A stretch of DNA of 63,911 nucleotides, the filler included. It is 8 parts of 8 records of this genome, joined end to end, with 100 filler letters (N's around TTAATTAATTAA, not from the genome) between each part and the next. Parts side by side here need not be neighbours in the genome. Positions count along the whole stretch, not along the records: positions 18,575 to 34,360 come from SRR31156797_11350; positions 34,461 to 42,344 come from SRR31156797_11365; 6 more parts are not named here. One strand, given 5' to 3'. A program made the position numbers and the translations under genes. The notes beneath the pieces are model-generated. The model made no database searches. It was not told where the DNA came from and was given only the letters and a program-made list of their open reading frames with translations. How positions within the stretch are numbered: the stretch's first letter is position 1; every line of letters starts with the position of its first letter. Shown here one piece after another: positions 31,346 through 41,173 of this stretch.

Positions 31346-33475
31346 TTAGTTAAACAGTCCTTTTAGCAGGCTATCAACCGCTTTCTTGGTATCCTCATCT
31401 TTAATTTTATCGCTTAATTTTTCGATACCGCGATCCACTTCTTTCTTCGCTTTCTGCTTCAATACATCATCAAATATGATTTTATATTTCGGCTCAGACC
31501 AAGAGCCAGAAACATTAATCGGCACGGTAACATCACGCAGTTCATCAACGTCTTTGCCCCCCTGACCTTTTAATGACCCGACTACCGATGTGCTTACTGT
31601 GAAGTCCACTGTTTCATTCAGGTAATTGGCTTTGCCCTGACCGCGAATACGCAAGGCTGGCGACTGCATATTTAAATCATTGGTGGTGACATTGCCTTTA
31701 TCGATATTCAAGGTCGCGGTCATTGCACTGAAGTCGGTTTTCTTCACCTGGTCTGCTTCTGTAACATCACCACCGGTTAACTTAGCGTAGTTAGTGCGAA
31801 GCATATGGGCGACATTGATCCCGTTAACAGCCCCATCTTCTAACGTCACAGCAACAGTGCCGACTAAGTTCTGCTGAATTCCTGTTGGTGTTAAGCTCTT
31901 ACCCTGAGCATTGACGTCAATGGTACCTGTCCCTTCCAGTTGGTCTTGACCGGCCACATCCAACAATAGCGGCTGGATTTTCACCCCTTTAATCGATTTT
32001 TTAACTGTATAGGTCGCAGGTGTCTTGCGCCCATCCAGTTGTGCCGACGCACTCACAGAACCTTGATACAGGTTTGCAGTAAACGATTTGAGCGTTACCA
32101 GACCGCGGTTAACCACCACATTCGCTTTCACATTCTGCATTTTTGCATTGTTCGCTTTGAGTTTATCAATGGCGATATCCCCTGCTACATCTAAAGTCTG
32201 TAAAGCAGAAAGATCTGGCTCGACTTCTTGTGGTTGCGTTTCATTAGAGCCAGCATTACCTGATTGTTTACTCTCTGAACCTGCCGAAGTGCCAGTATCC
32301 ACGGCTTGAGGTTTCTCTAGCCCCAAGAATTCATCAACATCAATATTCGGGCTATGTAAACTGAAGCGAACTTTAGGGATATCCGCCAAGGCAACACTTA
32401 ACTTACCATCAAATTGCAGTGCATTTGCGGTTAACTTCGGTAAAACAACGCTTAACGTGTTTTTACTGATATCAAACTCGATATCAGATTGCATAGCCAC
32501 ATTCATTGGAGATTGAGGTAGTGAAGCTCCCTCTAGTGTCGCATCGAGCGTAAAACCATTCACTGTCACTTTAGAGATTGCATTATCAACAATCAGAGCG
32601 GCTTCACCTGTAGCATCAATGCCCATGTCAGCAGCTTTACCCTTTACAGAGAAAGTCATCGCATTCGCTTTATCAAACTCAAACGTTTCCAGAGCCAGTT
32701 TTGCCGACTCAATGTTATTGGTTGGATCATTGAAGCTCGAATCCACTTCAATACTGCGTAGCGCGTACTGTTTAAAGTCTTTTGATAACTTAAACTCCGC
32801 TTGACCACTGGCTGTAAACTTTTGCTGATTATTGCTGCCTTTGGCGGCAAAGTTCACTGATGTCCATTGTTCAGCAGCAAACTCACTGACACTCAGCTCA
32901 ACATCATAAAGCTTGGTTGAGGTGCCTGCTTTTTTGTCGGTAATATCTAAAAGAGCGTTGTTTACCGTCACGCCAGCAAGATTAATAGACCAGTCTTGCT
33001 CGCTTGCTGTCTGCGTTTGCTCAGGGGCGGCAATCGTATCTTCTGATGTATTGGCTGTTTCTACTGGGCTAGTTGCCGTCTGCGCTTGAGTTAGACTATC
33101 CAGATTGGAGCGTCCATCTTTTAACGTTTCTAAATAGAATTCTGCACCATCGAGTTGGATATTGCCGATTTGTAACTGCTTATCAAACAGCGGCATAACC
33201 GAGATATCGATACCAACGCTATCCACTTTAAACATGTTTGGATGGCTAAAACCTTGTGGGTTTTTCAGCTCGGTTTTACCAATTTCAAAACCAATCGACG
33301 GGAAAAATTGCCAGCCAATATCTCCCTCAATAATGATATCCAACCCTGTTTGCTTCTTAGTTTGTTCCACAATCAAAGGTTTGAACTGATTTGGATTTAC
33401 GAATAACACAAGAGCTGTCACGGCGCCAATGATGACGACGAAAACAACAGCAATTAAGAGCAACAGTTTTTTCAT
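31346..33475 (-). CDS. asmA: AsmA family protein
   Basis: N-terminal TM, NPNQFKPLI..TG..I.GDIGWQFFPSIG, repeated beta-groove segments; adjacent to udk. Confidence 0.9.
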   Translation of the reverse strand: MKKLLLLIAVVFVVIIGAVTALVLFVNPNQFKPLIVEQTKKQTGLDIIIEGDIGWQFFPSIGFEIGKTELKNPQGFSHPNMFKVDSVGIDISVMPLFDKQLQIGNIQLDGAEFYLETLKDGRSNLDSLTQAQTATSPVETANTSEDTIAAPEQTQTASEQDWSINLAGVTVNNALLDITDKKAGTSTKLYDVELSVSEFAAEQWTSVNFAAKGSNNQQKFTASGQAEFKLSKDFKQYALRSIEVDSSFNDPTNNIESAKLALETFEFDKANAMTFSVKGKAADMGIDATGEAALIVDNAISKVTVNGFTLDATLEGASLPQSPMNVAMQSDIEFDISKNTLSVVLPKLTANALQFDGKLSVALADIPKVRFSLHSPNIDVDEFLGLEKPQAVDTGTSAGSESKQSGNAGSNETQPQEVEPDLSALQTLDVAGDIAIDKLKANNAKMQNVKANVVVNRGLVTLKSFTANLYQGSVSASAQLDGRKTPATYTVKKSIKGVKIQPLLLDVAGQDQLEGTGTIDVNAQGKSLTPTGIQQNLVGTVAVTLEDGAVNGINVAHMLRTNYAKLTGGDVTEADQVKKTDFSAMTATLNIDKGNVTTNDLNMQSPALRIRGQGKANYLNETVDFTVSTSVVGSLKGQGGKDVDELRDVTVPINVSGSWSEPKYKIIFDDVLKQKAKKEVDRGIEKLSDKIKDEDTKKAVDSLLKGLFN

Positions 33476-33626
33476 CTGTTTAATCCTTGCTTGGAAACAT
33501 CAAAACGATCAAATAAGCGCTAAGTTTTAATCACTTACTCAATAGTATAGGTATAAAAAAAGTGACACCTAAAGTGCCACTTTTAATGCTAAAAATAAAG
33601 TTAACTAAGCTAAGAATCGGTTAAAA

Positions 33627-34268
33627 CTATGATTTTAGCAATTTAGCGATATGTGCTTTTAACACGTCGATAGCAATACGGTTTTTGCCACCACGAGGAA
33701 CAATAATATCGGCGTACTGTTTTGACGGTTCAATAAACTGAAGAAACATAGGGCGGACCGTCTTTTGGTACTGCTTAAGTACCGAGTCCATAGTACGACC
33801 ACGGTCTTCTACGTCACGTTTAACGCGGCGAAGCAGACAGATATCTAATGGGGTGTCCATAAATACGGTCACTTGCATAAGATCACGTAAGCGTGGGTCA
33901 GTCAGCAACAAAATACCTTCCAAAATGATCACTTTCTTCGGCGTCATTGTTGTCGAGCTATCAGTGCGAGTATGCTCGGTATATGAGTACTCCGGTACTT
34001 CTACTGCTTCACCATTCATCAACTGTTGTAAGTGGTCACACAGTAAATCGTGGTCAAGTGCGCTCGGATGGTCGTAGTTAGTCTTTACGCGCTCTTCCAT
34101 GCTCAGATGACTTTGGTCTTTGTAATAGCAATCTTCCGTAATCACACCAATTTGATGGTCGCCTACTTTCGCACGCAGTTCATTATATATAGTACTGGCG
34201 ATTAGGCTTTTACCAGAAGCAGAAGCGCCAGCGATTCCAACGATGACGCATTGATTATTATCAGACAT
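33627..34268 (-). CDS. udk: Uridine kinase
   Basis: [43 protein letters not shown]. Confidence 0.97.
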   Translation of the reverse strand: MSDNNQCVIVGIAGASASGKSLIASTIYNELRAKVGDHQIGVITEDCYYKDQSHLSMEERVKTNYDHPSALDHDLLCDHLQQLMNGEAVEVPEYSYTEHTRTDSSTTMTPKKVIILEGILLLTDPRLRDLMQVTVFMDTPLDICLLRRVKRDVEDRGRTMDSVLKQYQKTVRPMFLQFIEPSKQYADIIVPRGGKNRIAIDVLKAHIAKLLKS

Positions 34269-34360
34269 GTATGTGCACCCGATACGTGTATATGAGGAAT
34301 GAAAATATACCTAAATGACCTCAAGATGCCGGTTCAGCGAGAGTTTATTCGCTCTTAGGC

Positions 34361-34460
34361 NNNNNNNNNNNNNNNNNNNNNNNNNNNNNNNNNNNNNNNN
34401 NNNNTTAATTAATTAANNNNNNNNNNNNNNNNNNNNNNNNNNNNNNNNNNNNNNNNNNNN
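34361..34460. other. Artificial contig spacer
   Basis: N run with TTAATTAATTAA. Confidence 0.98.
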
Positions 34461-37053
34461 TTTTATTGCTTTCCTTAAACGGAATATATATTGTTTTGTC
34501 TTCATCCATAACAATACTTTCGGAAGTCTTATCACTTGTAAAGTTACCTCTCATTTCTCCCAGGGAAACATATTTAATAATGTAAAATCCACTAGGAATA
34601 TTTTTATAACTCATTAATCCTTTTATATCAGATAGGAGCTCCGTTGCATAAAATCCTCCTTCACCTTGAGTCGAGATTTGACTCATTGAATCATTAATAG
34701 TATGATCTACATCAATTTTGGCTAATACATTCTCTATACCAGGCTCATCTTTGCCTTTTACTCCATCATTATTAAGGTCTTTGAAGAATACAACATTTAG
34801 ATCATAGTATTTTACTCTTGGTTGGTTAAATCCAAATTTCTTTTGAATTCTAAATTCAAAATATGAGTTACTAAATGTATATTTTTCTTCAACAACTTTA
34901 TCATAGGATGATTGGTAACCTATTGTATTTAATAATTGAAGTCTCCAACCTTTTCCTGGATAAGCAGATACTATACTACTAATATTATATCTGCTGGTTT
35001 TTGAGGCAAGGTCAAAGCTCATAGTTGATCTATTCGAGAATTTTATGAAATCTCTAAATAGAAATAGGTCAATCTGAGGTAAAATCCTTACTAAGCGGTT
35101 CTCAAAACCATAATAAATGTCTTCGAAGTGCTGATTCATTGTGTATGGCCCGTCATAATAGCTAGCATAAACACTCCAGAATCGACCTCTCAATATAGCT
35201 CCTAGTTCAAAGCTTGGATATCTGTGATTGCTTTTTCTAATAATTGTATCAGTTGTTGCATAAGGGTCAACATTTACAATTGAATAACCAACAGCGAATC
35301 TGAGATTTGCCGTTAAAGCAGATTTTTGACTTCTAATTCTTACACCACCAGTTAGATATGTAGTTGGTACAACTAATTCTCTTTCTCGATCAAAGTTGAA
35401 AAAGCTATTTGAAACTTTGATTTCCTGGCGTGGACCACCATAAAGAGTAAACATAGGATCTAAATGATAATCCAGTTGCGCTAAACTATATAAAGAATTG
35501 TAGTAAAGGTCGGGAGCGAGTCTTGGACCATCAAAAATTGGTGGATTATTATTAAAAATATTTGCGTTGACACTAAGGTTTAATCTTTCAGAAAATCTAT
35601 ATGTTGCTTGATTATAAAACTTCAAATTACCGCCAAAATAACCTTGATATTGTCTATCACCCCATTGTAAGCTGTTTCTGTAATAGAATTTTTTATTTTT
35701 ATAGCTTAGTTGAGCTTGAGTACCATATCCAGTTAGAGACTTACCATTATAATCATTAAAAGTAAGTTGACTAAAACCTCCTCTTACATAAAAGGTTATG
35801 TTTTTTATAAAAGGAATATAAAAACCCATTACAGCTAAATGGCTTTCAGTGTTATTATCTGGGTTTTGTGCCAAAACACCTCCAGCTTCGAAATATGATT
35901 CATCATAAGGTTTAAGTTTTAATAGGGCTCCAACTTTATCACTTAGATTAAATACATTTCTTGTGGCAGTAACAGAGAGTTCTTGTTTTTTTACAATAAT
36001 TTCTGCTGAGGCTCCTCGTCCATATAAGGATTGATCAATACTTTCACTTATGTCTCCTAATCTTAATAAGAAGTTTTTGTAATCATAACGGGCTCTCATT
36101 CTTGAGTATTTCCATGGGTCCTCCGAAAAGTTTTTACCCATAGTTTGAAATCGATAAAAAACACTACCTGCATTTTTTGTTAAAAAGCTACCTCTTAAAT
36201 TACCATTGTAGATAGGGTCGTAATCTGAAAAAATATTTAGTGCGGATAATTCTATGATTAGCAACCTATTTCTATCCGGAATGTAATTCTCATATTCTTG
36301 GGTAATCTTTTTAATCCATATTGCATTTTGAATGACGGTATCTTTAGTATATGTTTTTAGATGAACCCTGTAGTTCTTTCTATTTGCTGACAGATTCTGT
36401 TTTTTGTCAAGATATTCTAGTTCATAGTTTAGAACAGTGTCTGCATTAGGAGGGAGGAGAAATTCTGTCTTAAAAGTTTCATTGATGCCGTTTGGCATTT
36501 TAACGCCTTGATCATAAGTAAATTCTAAATAAACTACTTCATCAACATTCCCCTTGTTGATACAGTTAAATTGAATTTCTGTTTTATTATTGGCATTATT
36601 AAAGTAATAAGTTCTTTGGTCGGGTCTAAATAAAAGCTTGTTTTTTTGTGGTACATTCACAAAACTATATTTGTTTTTGAATGATTGTCCTCTGTTGTCA
36701 GTTAAAGAAGCAACAACAGCATAACCGATATCACCTTTTGCATCACGGGCAATACTGGCTCTAATTGGTATTAAAATAGAATCATTTGGGCTTAAGGTGA
36801 CGACTTTCCTTTTATCGCCCATTAGTGTCCAACCTCTTGGTAAAGAGATGTTAGCATTGAATTGTAGTCGTCGATCAGTGGGATTTGTTATTTTTAAAAC
36901 ATTAAAGAATGACTTTTCAGGTTCACTTTCAATTTTTTCACGTAAAAACTCTACCTCGATGTCGCTAAAGGGATCATCTAGAAATGAAAATTGCCCAAAA
37001 AGAAATCCAGGCAAAATCCAAAAAAAAATTAATATGATATGCTTAGATTTCAA
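34461..37053 (-). CDS. Large exported protein, candidate usher-like outer-membrane assembly platform (3' truncated)
   Basis: Signal peptide; two N-terminal Ig-like repeats (LKITNP..VTLSPNDS..IPI; NKGNVDE..LPPNADT..Y); long Tyr/Gly/Phe-rich amphipathic beta-strand region; SdrD-B-like FFKDLNNDGVKGKDEPGIENV near the C-terminus. Confidence 0.55.
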
Positions 37054-37056
37054 TAT

Positions 37057-37563
37057 TTAATCTTTTGTTTTTAACGTAAAAATGAGATCAACTACAAATC
37101 TTTCATTAGATACAATATCAATTGGATTTGTTTTACCAATATCATAGCTAATTATCACATTGTCTGTATAAGCAACAAGATCAGGTCCTGTAGCTATCTC
37201 AGTATCAACGGAATTTAATGTGTAAGTTGTAGTTGCTGCATTGTGAAAAACTCTCATTTCAATAACATTTAATGGTAGGGTTTCACCAGAATCTGTAGAT
37301 TCAATAGTAGGCGTAAGCGACCGAACATTTAATTCCCAACCTAAACCTGCAGGATTAGGCAAACCACCTGCAATAGTGTCGTTGTAATTTACTTCGATTG
37401 TTGTGTGATTATCAAGTGATTTCCCATTCTCAAAATCAGAAATACGATTAAAATTAAATTCAACAGAATTTCCTGTCATAACTCTTATGTCTACAGTGAC
37501 ATTGTTTTGCCCAAAAGTTAGGACACAAGAAATAATGAAAATGAAAAATAAAAAACTCTTCAA
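37057..37563 (-). CDS. Secreted pilin-like protein (minor subunit candidate)
   Basis: Signal peptide with predicted Gln N-terminus; GNSVEFNFNRISDFENG motif shared with its neighbour; C-terminal strand RFVVDLIFTL. Confidence 0.55.
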   Translation of the reverse strand: MKSFLFFIFIISCVLTFGQNNVTVDIRVMTGNSVEFNFNRISDFENGKSLDNHTTIEVNYNDTIAGGLPNPAGLGWELNVRSLTPTIESTDSGETLPLNVIEMRVFHNAATTTYTLNSVDTEIATGPDLVAYTDNVIISYDIGKTNPIDIVSNERFVVDLIFTLKTKD

Positions 37564-37585
37564 ATCCTAGTAGTTTAGGTCAGTC

Positions 37586-37622
37586 AAAAAATATGTAATG
37601 CAGCCAAAAGACTGCATTACAT
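37586..37622 (-). terminator. Stem-loop/terminator after the major pilin-like gene
   Basis: ATGTAATGCAG-(8 nt)-CTGCATTACAT followed by a T run on the minus strand. Confidence 0.75.
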
Positions 37623-37630
37623 TAATATTA

Positions 37631-38215
37631 TTATTGTGCTGCTAGTACAAGAAATACGTTTGTCGCATATCTGTCAGGAGCAATTGATTGCTGCAGTAAA
37701 CTGTTTGCATTCATTGTACCCGTGCTTGTTCCCATTTCCCACTGGATTTGGAAGGCATTTTGTACAATATCTCCAGCACCATTGTTTGCAATACTCTGAA
37801 CAACAGCTACGGCTGCGTTTGTTAGAGGAGCAACAGCAGCTGGTAAGTTCCAGTTTGTTCCGTCAGCACCACCACCAGTACCTACTACGATATAACCAAT
37901 GTTATCAAGAGTCATGGTGTTAGCAACATTATCTGTTCCAATTAGGTTAGCATCTTCTGCATAGAGGTTAACATCAAAATCTACTGATGAAGCAACAGTA
38001 AAATCAGTATAATAACGAGGCCCTGTGGCAATACCGTTGTTATATTGATCGATTGTACTTACAGTAAATTCAATATTACCACCAGAAGTAACATTCAATC
38101 TAAGAATTGAGTTTAAGTTTACGGCAACTGGGATAATAGCATTATCCACTACGGGTTGCGCTAAAAGCGCTAGTCCCATAACCATGCCCAATAAAAATAG
38201 ACTTACTTTTTTCAT
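37631..38215 (-). CDS. Secreted pilin-like protein (major subunit candidate)
   Basis: Signal peptide; alternating-hydrophobic N-terminal extension IPVAVNLNSILRLNV; GGNIEFTVSTIDQYNNG; Asn/Ala/Val/Thr-rich; C-terminal strand PDRYATNVFLVLAAQ. Confidence 0.6.
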   Translation of the reverse strand: MKKVSLFLLGMVMGLALLAQPVVDNAIIPVAVNLNSILRLNVTSGGNIEFTVSTIDQYNNGIATGPRYYTDFTVASSVDFDVNLYAEDANLIGTDNVANTMTLDNIGYIVVGTGGGADGTNWNLPAAVAPLTNAAVAVVQSIANNGAGDIVQNAFQIQWEMGTSTGTMNANSLLQQSIAPDRYATNVFLVLAAQ

Positions 38216-38354
38216 AAATATAAGATTTAGGTTATTTTTTTAAATTAAACACTGCCAATTTAACAATTTTGACACGTTTTAGTATTGTATTTAACTTTTC
38301 ATTTACAATTTTGTTACGACCTTTTGACAAAAGTAGTAATTTTATTGACGAAAA

Positions 38355-40316
38355 CTAACTTAAAGTTAATAATTCAGGACTTAATTTAAATCCCATTACA
38401 AGTATATCATCTATTTGAGCATAGGAATCTCCCATCCACGTCTCAATAGTTAACTCTAATATTTCTCTTTGCTCTTCCATTGGTCGGTCGTGGATTTCCA
38501 GTAAAAGGTTTCTGAACTTTTTAGCCATATACTTTCTTCCTTTAGGACCTCCAAATTGATCTACAAATCCATCAGAAAAAATATAACAATATGTTTCTTT
38601 ATCAATGTCAATTTCTTGTAATGTAAATCTTGGATCGTTTACCAAGGTTCCTCCAATAGGGATCTTATCTGCCTGCAATTGCTCAATCTCTCCGTTTTGA
38701 ATGTATACAAGTGGGTTTTTTGCACCTGAGAATCGGAGTTTTTTGTTGGCAATATCTACTTGGCACATGGCCAAATCCATACCATCCTTGTTATCAGTTA
38801 CATCTTGTTTTAATGCCACCTGAACACCCTTATGTAACTGTTCTAATATTAAATCAGGTCTATTAACACCTTTATTAGTAATATCATCTAATAAGTTGTA
38901 ACCAATCATTGACATAAAAGCACCAGGAACTCCATGGCCTGTACAATCTACTGCTGAAATAAGGAAGTAATCATCCTCTCTGAGGGGGCTATATTCCTCT
39001 TTGGCGGAGATGTTAAATATTCTTTGAAGGTCAAATTTCTTTTGTGCTTTGCGGAACCAATAAAAATCACCACTTACAATGTCTCTTGGCTTAAAGAAAA
39101 TAAATGAATCTGGGATGTATTTGTTCAATTCTTTAGTATTAGGCAGCATTGCTCCCTGAATTCCTTTGGCATAATTGATACTTTTTGTTATCTGCTTGTT
39201 TTGTTTTTGTATTTTAGTTAAAGCAGCTGATAACTCATCACTTTTTTCTGCAATTTCTCTATTGCGATCCTCCAAAATTTTGTTGGCCCTTTTCTTATCC
39301 CTAAATCTAAATAACAAAGCAATAGCCGCAATTATAGCAAGAAGAAGTACCGCAGCAGTACCATATATGACAAGTTGCTGGTTGCGTTCAATAGCTTTTT
39401 GTTGCTGAATAAGCGCATTTTGTTCTCGTTCTCTGGCTTCTTGTCTTTCAATTTCAAGCGCTTTGTTCGCACTATCTAACTTCAATACGTCAATTTGGGC
39501 TGCTCTTTGTTGACTAAGCCTTTCTGCAAATTTCAAAGAGTCTTTTGTAAAGGCAAGCTTGATTTGCTGTAGTTTTAGTGAATCCTCTTTAACCTGCCTT
39601 GCTAATCGTTGCCTCTGAATTTCTGCCATGCTTTCAACTTGTTCTTCTTCAAATGCTTCACGCATGGTTTGAGTTTGCGCAAATTGCTGTATGCGATTAT
39701 ATTTATCTAAATATTCATTAGATTTTCCAATCTGATTCATGTTACGAAAATTTTCTGCAAACAGTCCGTAACAACTTAGTAATAATTGATTATTATTTAA
39801 TTGCTCAGCAATTTTGTAGGCTTCTTCTAGTTTTTGATTTGATTCATCAAACTTGCTCATGGCAGAAAGTATGTATGCAAGGTCAATAAGACTAGATGCA
39901 ATCTCTTCATTTTTCCCAATACTTCTTGATAATTCTAAACTTTTCCGAAAGTATTCTTCAGACAACTCAATTTCCTGTAGATCAGTATATAATACTCCTA
40001 TATTGGTATATACATTTCTTAAATTATTAAGATCTTCAATCTTTTGATAAATAACAGCAGATTTTAGAAAATAATCAATGGCTTCTCTATAATAGTTATG
40101 TTTCCAAAAAATGAAGGCAACTTTGTTGTATTGAGTCGCAGCAAATTGCTGATTACCTTGAGATAAGGCAGTTTCTCCCATTTCAAGGAATTTGTTTATT
40201 TTACTATGGTCATCAGCATCAATTTGATTAAATTGTTGACCAAATAGTAAACCATTACCATAAAAAATGATGATAAAGACAAAAATTTTATATAATTTGC
40301 AACCGATTTTAAGCAT
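38355..40316 (-). CDS. TPR-repeat, single-TM, SpoIIE/PP2C phosphatase sensor
   Basis: Periplasmic TPRs, TM VIYGTAAVLLLAIIAAIALLF, SINYAKGIQ, PRDIVSGDFYW, DCTGHGVPGA, FSDGFVDQFGG, QIDDILV. Confidence 0.93.
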   Translation of the reverse strand: MLKIGCKLYKIFVFIIIFYGNGLLFGQQFNQIDADDHSKINKFLEMGETALSQGNQQFAATQYNKVAFIFWKHNYYREAIDYFLKSAVIYQKIEDLNNLRNVYTNIGVLYTDLQEIELSEEYFRKSLELSRSIGKNEEIASSLIDLAYILSAMSKFDESNQKLEEAYKIAEQLNNNQLLLSCYGLFAENFRNMNQIGKSNEYLDKYNRIQQFAQTQTMREAFEEEQVESMAEIQRQRLARQVKEDSLKLQQIKLAFTKDSLKFAERLSQQRAAQIDVLKLDSANKALEIERQEAREREQNALIQQQKAIERNQQLVIYGTAAVLLLAIIAAIALLFRFRDKKRANKILEDRNREIAEKSDELSAALTKIQKQNKQITKSINYAKGIQGAMLPNTKELNKYIPDSFIFFKPRDIVSGDFYWFRKAQKKFDLQRIFNISAKEEYSPLREDDYFLISAVDCTGHGVPGAFMSMIGYNLLDDITNKGVNRPDLILEQLHKGVQVALKQDVTDNKDGMDLAMCQVDIANKKLRFSGAKNPLVYIQNGEIEQLQADKIPIGGTLVNDPRFTLQEIDIDKETYCYIFSDGFVDQFGGPKGRKYMAKKFRNLLLEIHDRPMEEQREILELTIETWMGDSYAQIDDILVMGFKLSPELLTLS

Positions 40317-40372
40317 GAAATATTGTAGTAAATAATATTACAGTTCCAAAATAACACAAATTAAACGAAATT

Positions 40373-41173
40373 ATGAAATTAAAGTTTTTTATAGTAAATA
40401 TTTTTTTAGGACTTTCACTACTGTGTAGTGCTCAGGATTTTGAAGTAGCCCCTGTACAGTTGTACTTTAATGCCAACCCTGGAGAGTCTCAAGTTAAGTT
40501 AGTTACAATAAAAAACCATGGTTCAGAAAAGACATCATATATATTGAGTGTTTCCGATTTTGAGGTATCTTCATCGGGAGAAAAAACTTATAAACCTGCT
40601 AATTCAACAAAGAAATCAATTGCAAATTGGCTAAGTATTAGCCCCTCATTTTTTGATTTAGAGCCTAATGAAGAGCGTCAAGTTAGTATTTCTGTGCAAC
40701 CTCCAAGTGATGATGATGGGTCGAGATGGGGAACAATATTTGTCCGTACAGCCAAAGAAAAAACTGCTTTTGAAGCCGGTGAAGACTTATCTGCAGGTGT
40801 TGCTGTTTCTCCAAGAATTGCCATTCAGGTTTACCAAACCTCAAAAACAAATAGAAATTTGAAAGCAAAAATTGACCAGCTTAGAGAGATTCAATCTGAG
40901 GATTCGACTGAAAGGTGGTTCTCAGCCATTGTTACGAATTTAAGCGATATAATTATTCATTGTAAGGTTTTTTTAATTGCATCGAATATTCAAACTGCTA
41001 AAGAAACACAATTTGAAGAGGTTCAATTTGATTCTTATCCTAAAAATACTCAAAAGATTATTTTGAAAATGCCTAAGGACTTGCCAAAAGGAACATATGC
41101 ACTTGCTGCTGTTCTTGACTATGGTAGTAATATGAACCTCGAGGGAACTCAGATGGTTATTGAAGTACCGTGA
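40373..41173 (+). CDS. Two-Ig-domain exported protein, PapD/DUF916-like chaperone candidate
   Basis: Signal peptide, FEVAPVQLYF..PGESQVKLVTIKN, WLSISPSFFDLEPNEERQV, C-terminal LPKGTYALAAVLDYG. Confidence 0.62.
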   Translation: MKLKFFIVNIFLGLSLLCSAQDFEVAPVQLYFNANPGESQVKLVTIKNHGSEKTSYILSVSDFEVSSSGEKTYKPANSTKKSIANWLSISPSFFDLEPNEERQVSISVQPPSDDDGSRWGTIFVRTAKEKTAFEAGEDLSAGVAVSPRIAIQVYQTSKTNRNLKAKIDQLREIQSEDSTERWFSAIVTNLSDIIIHCKVFLIASNIQTAKETQFEEVQFDSYPKNTQKIILKMPKDLPKGTYALAAVLDYGSNMNLEGTQMVIEVP

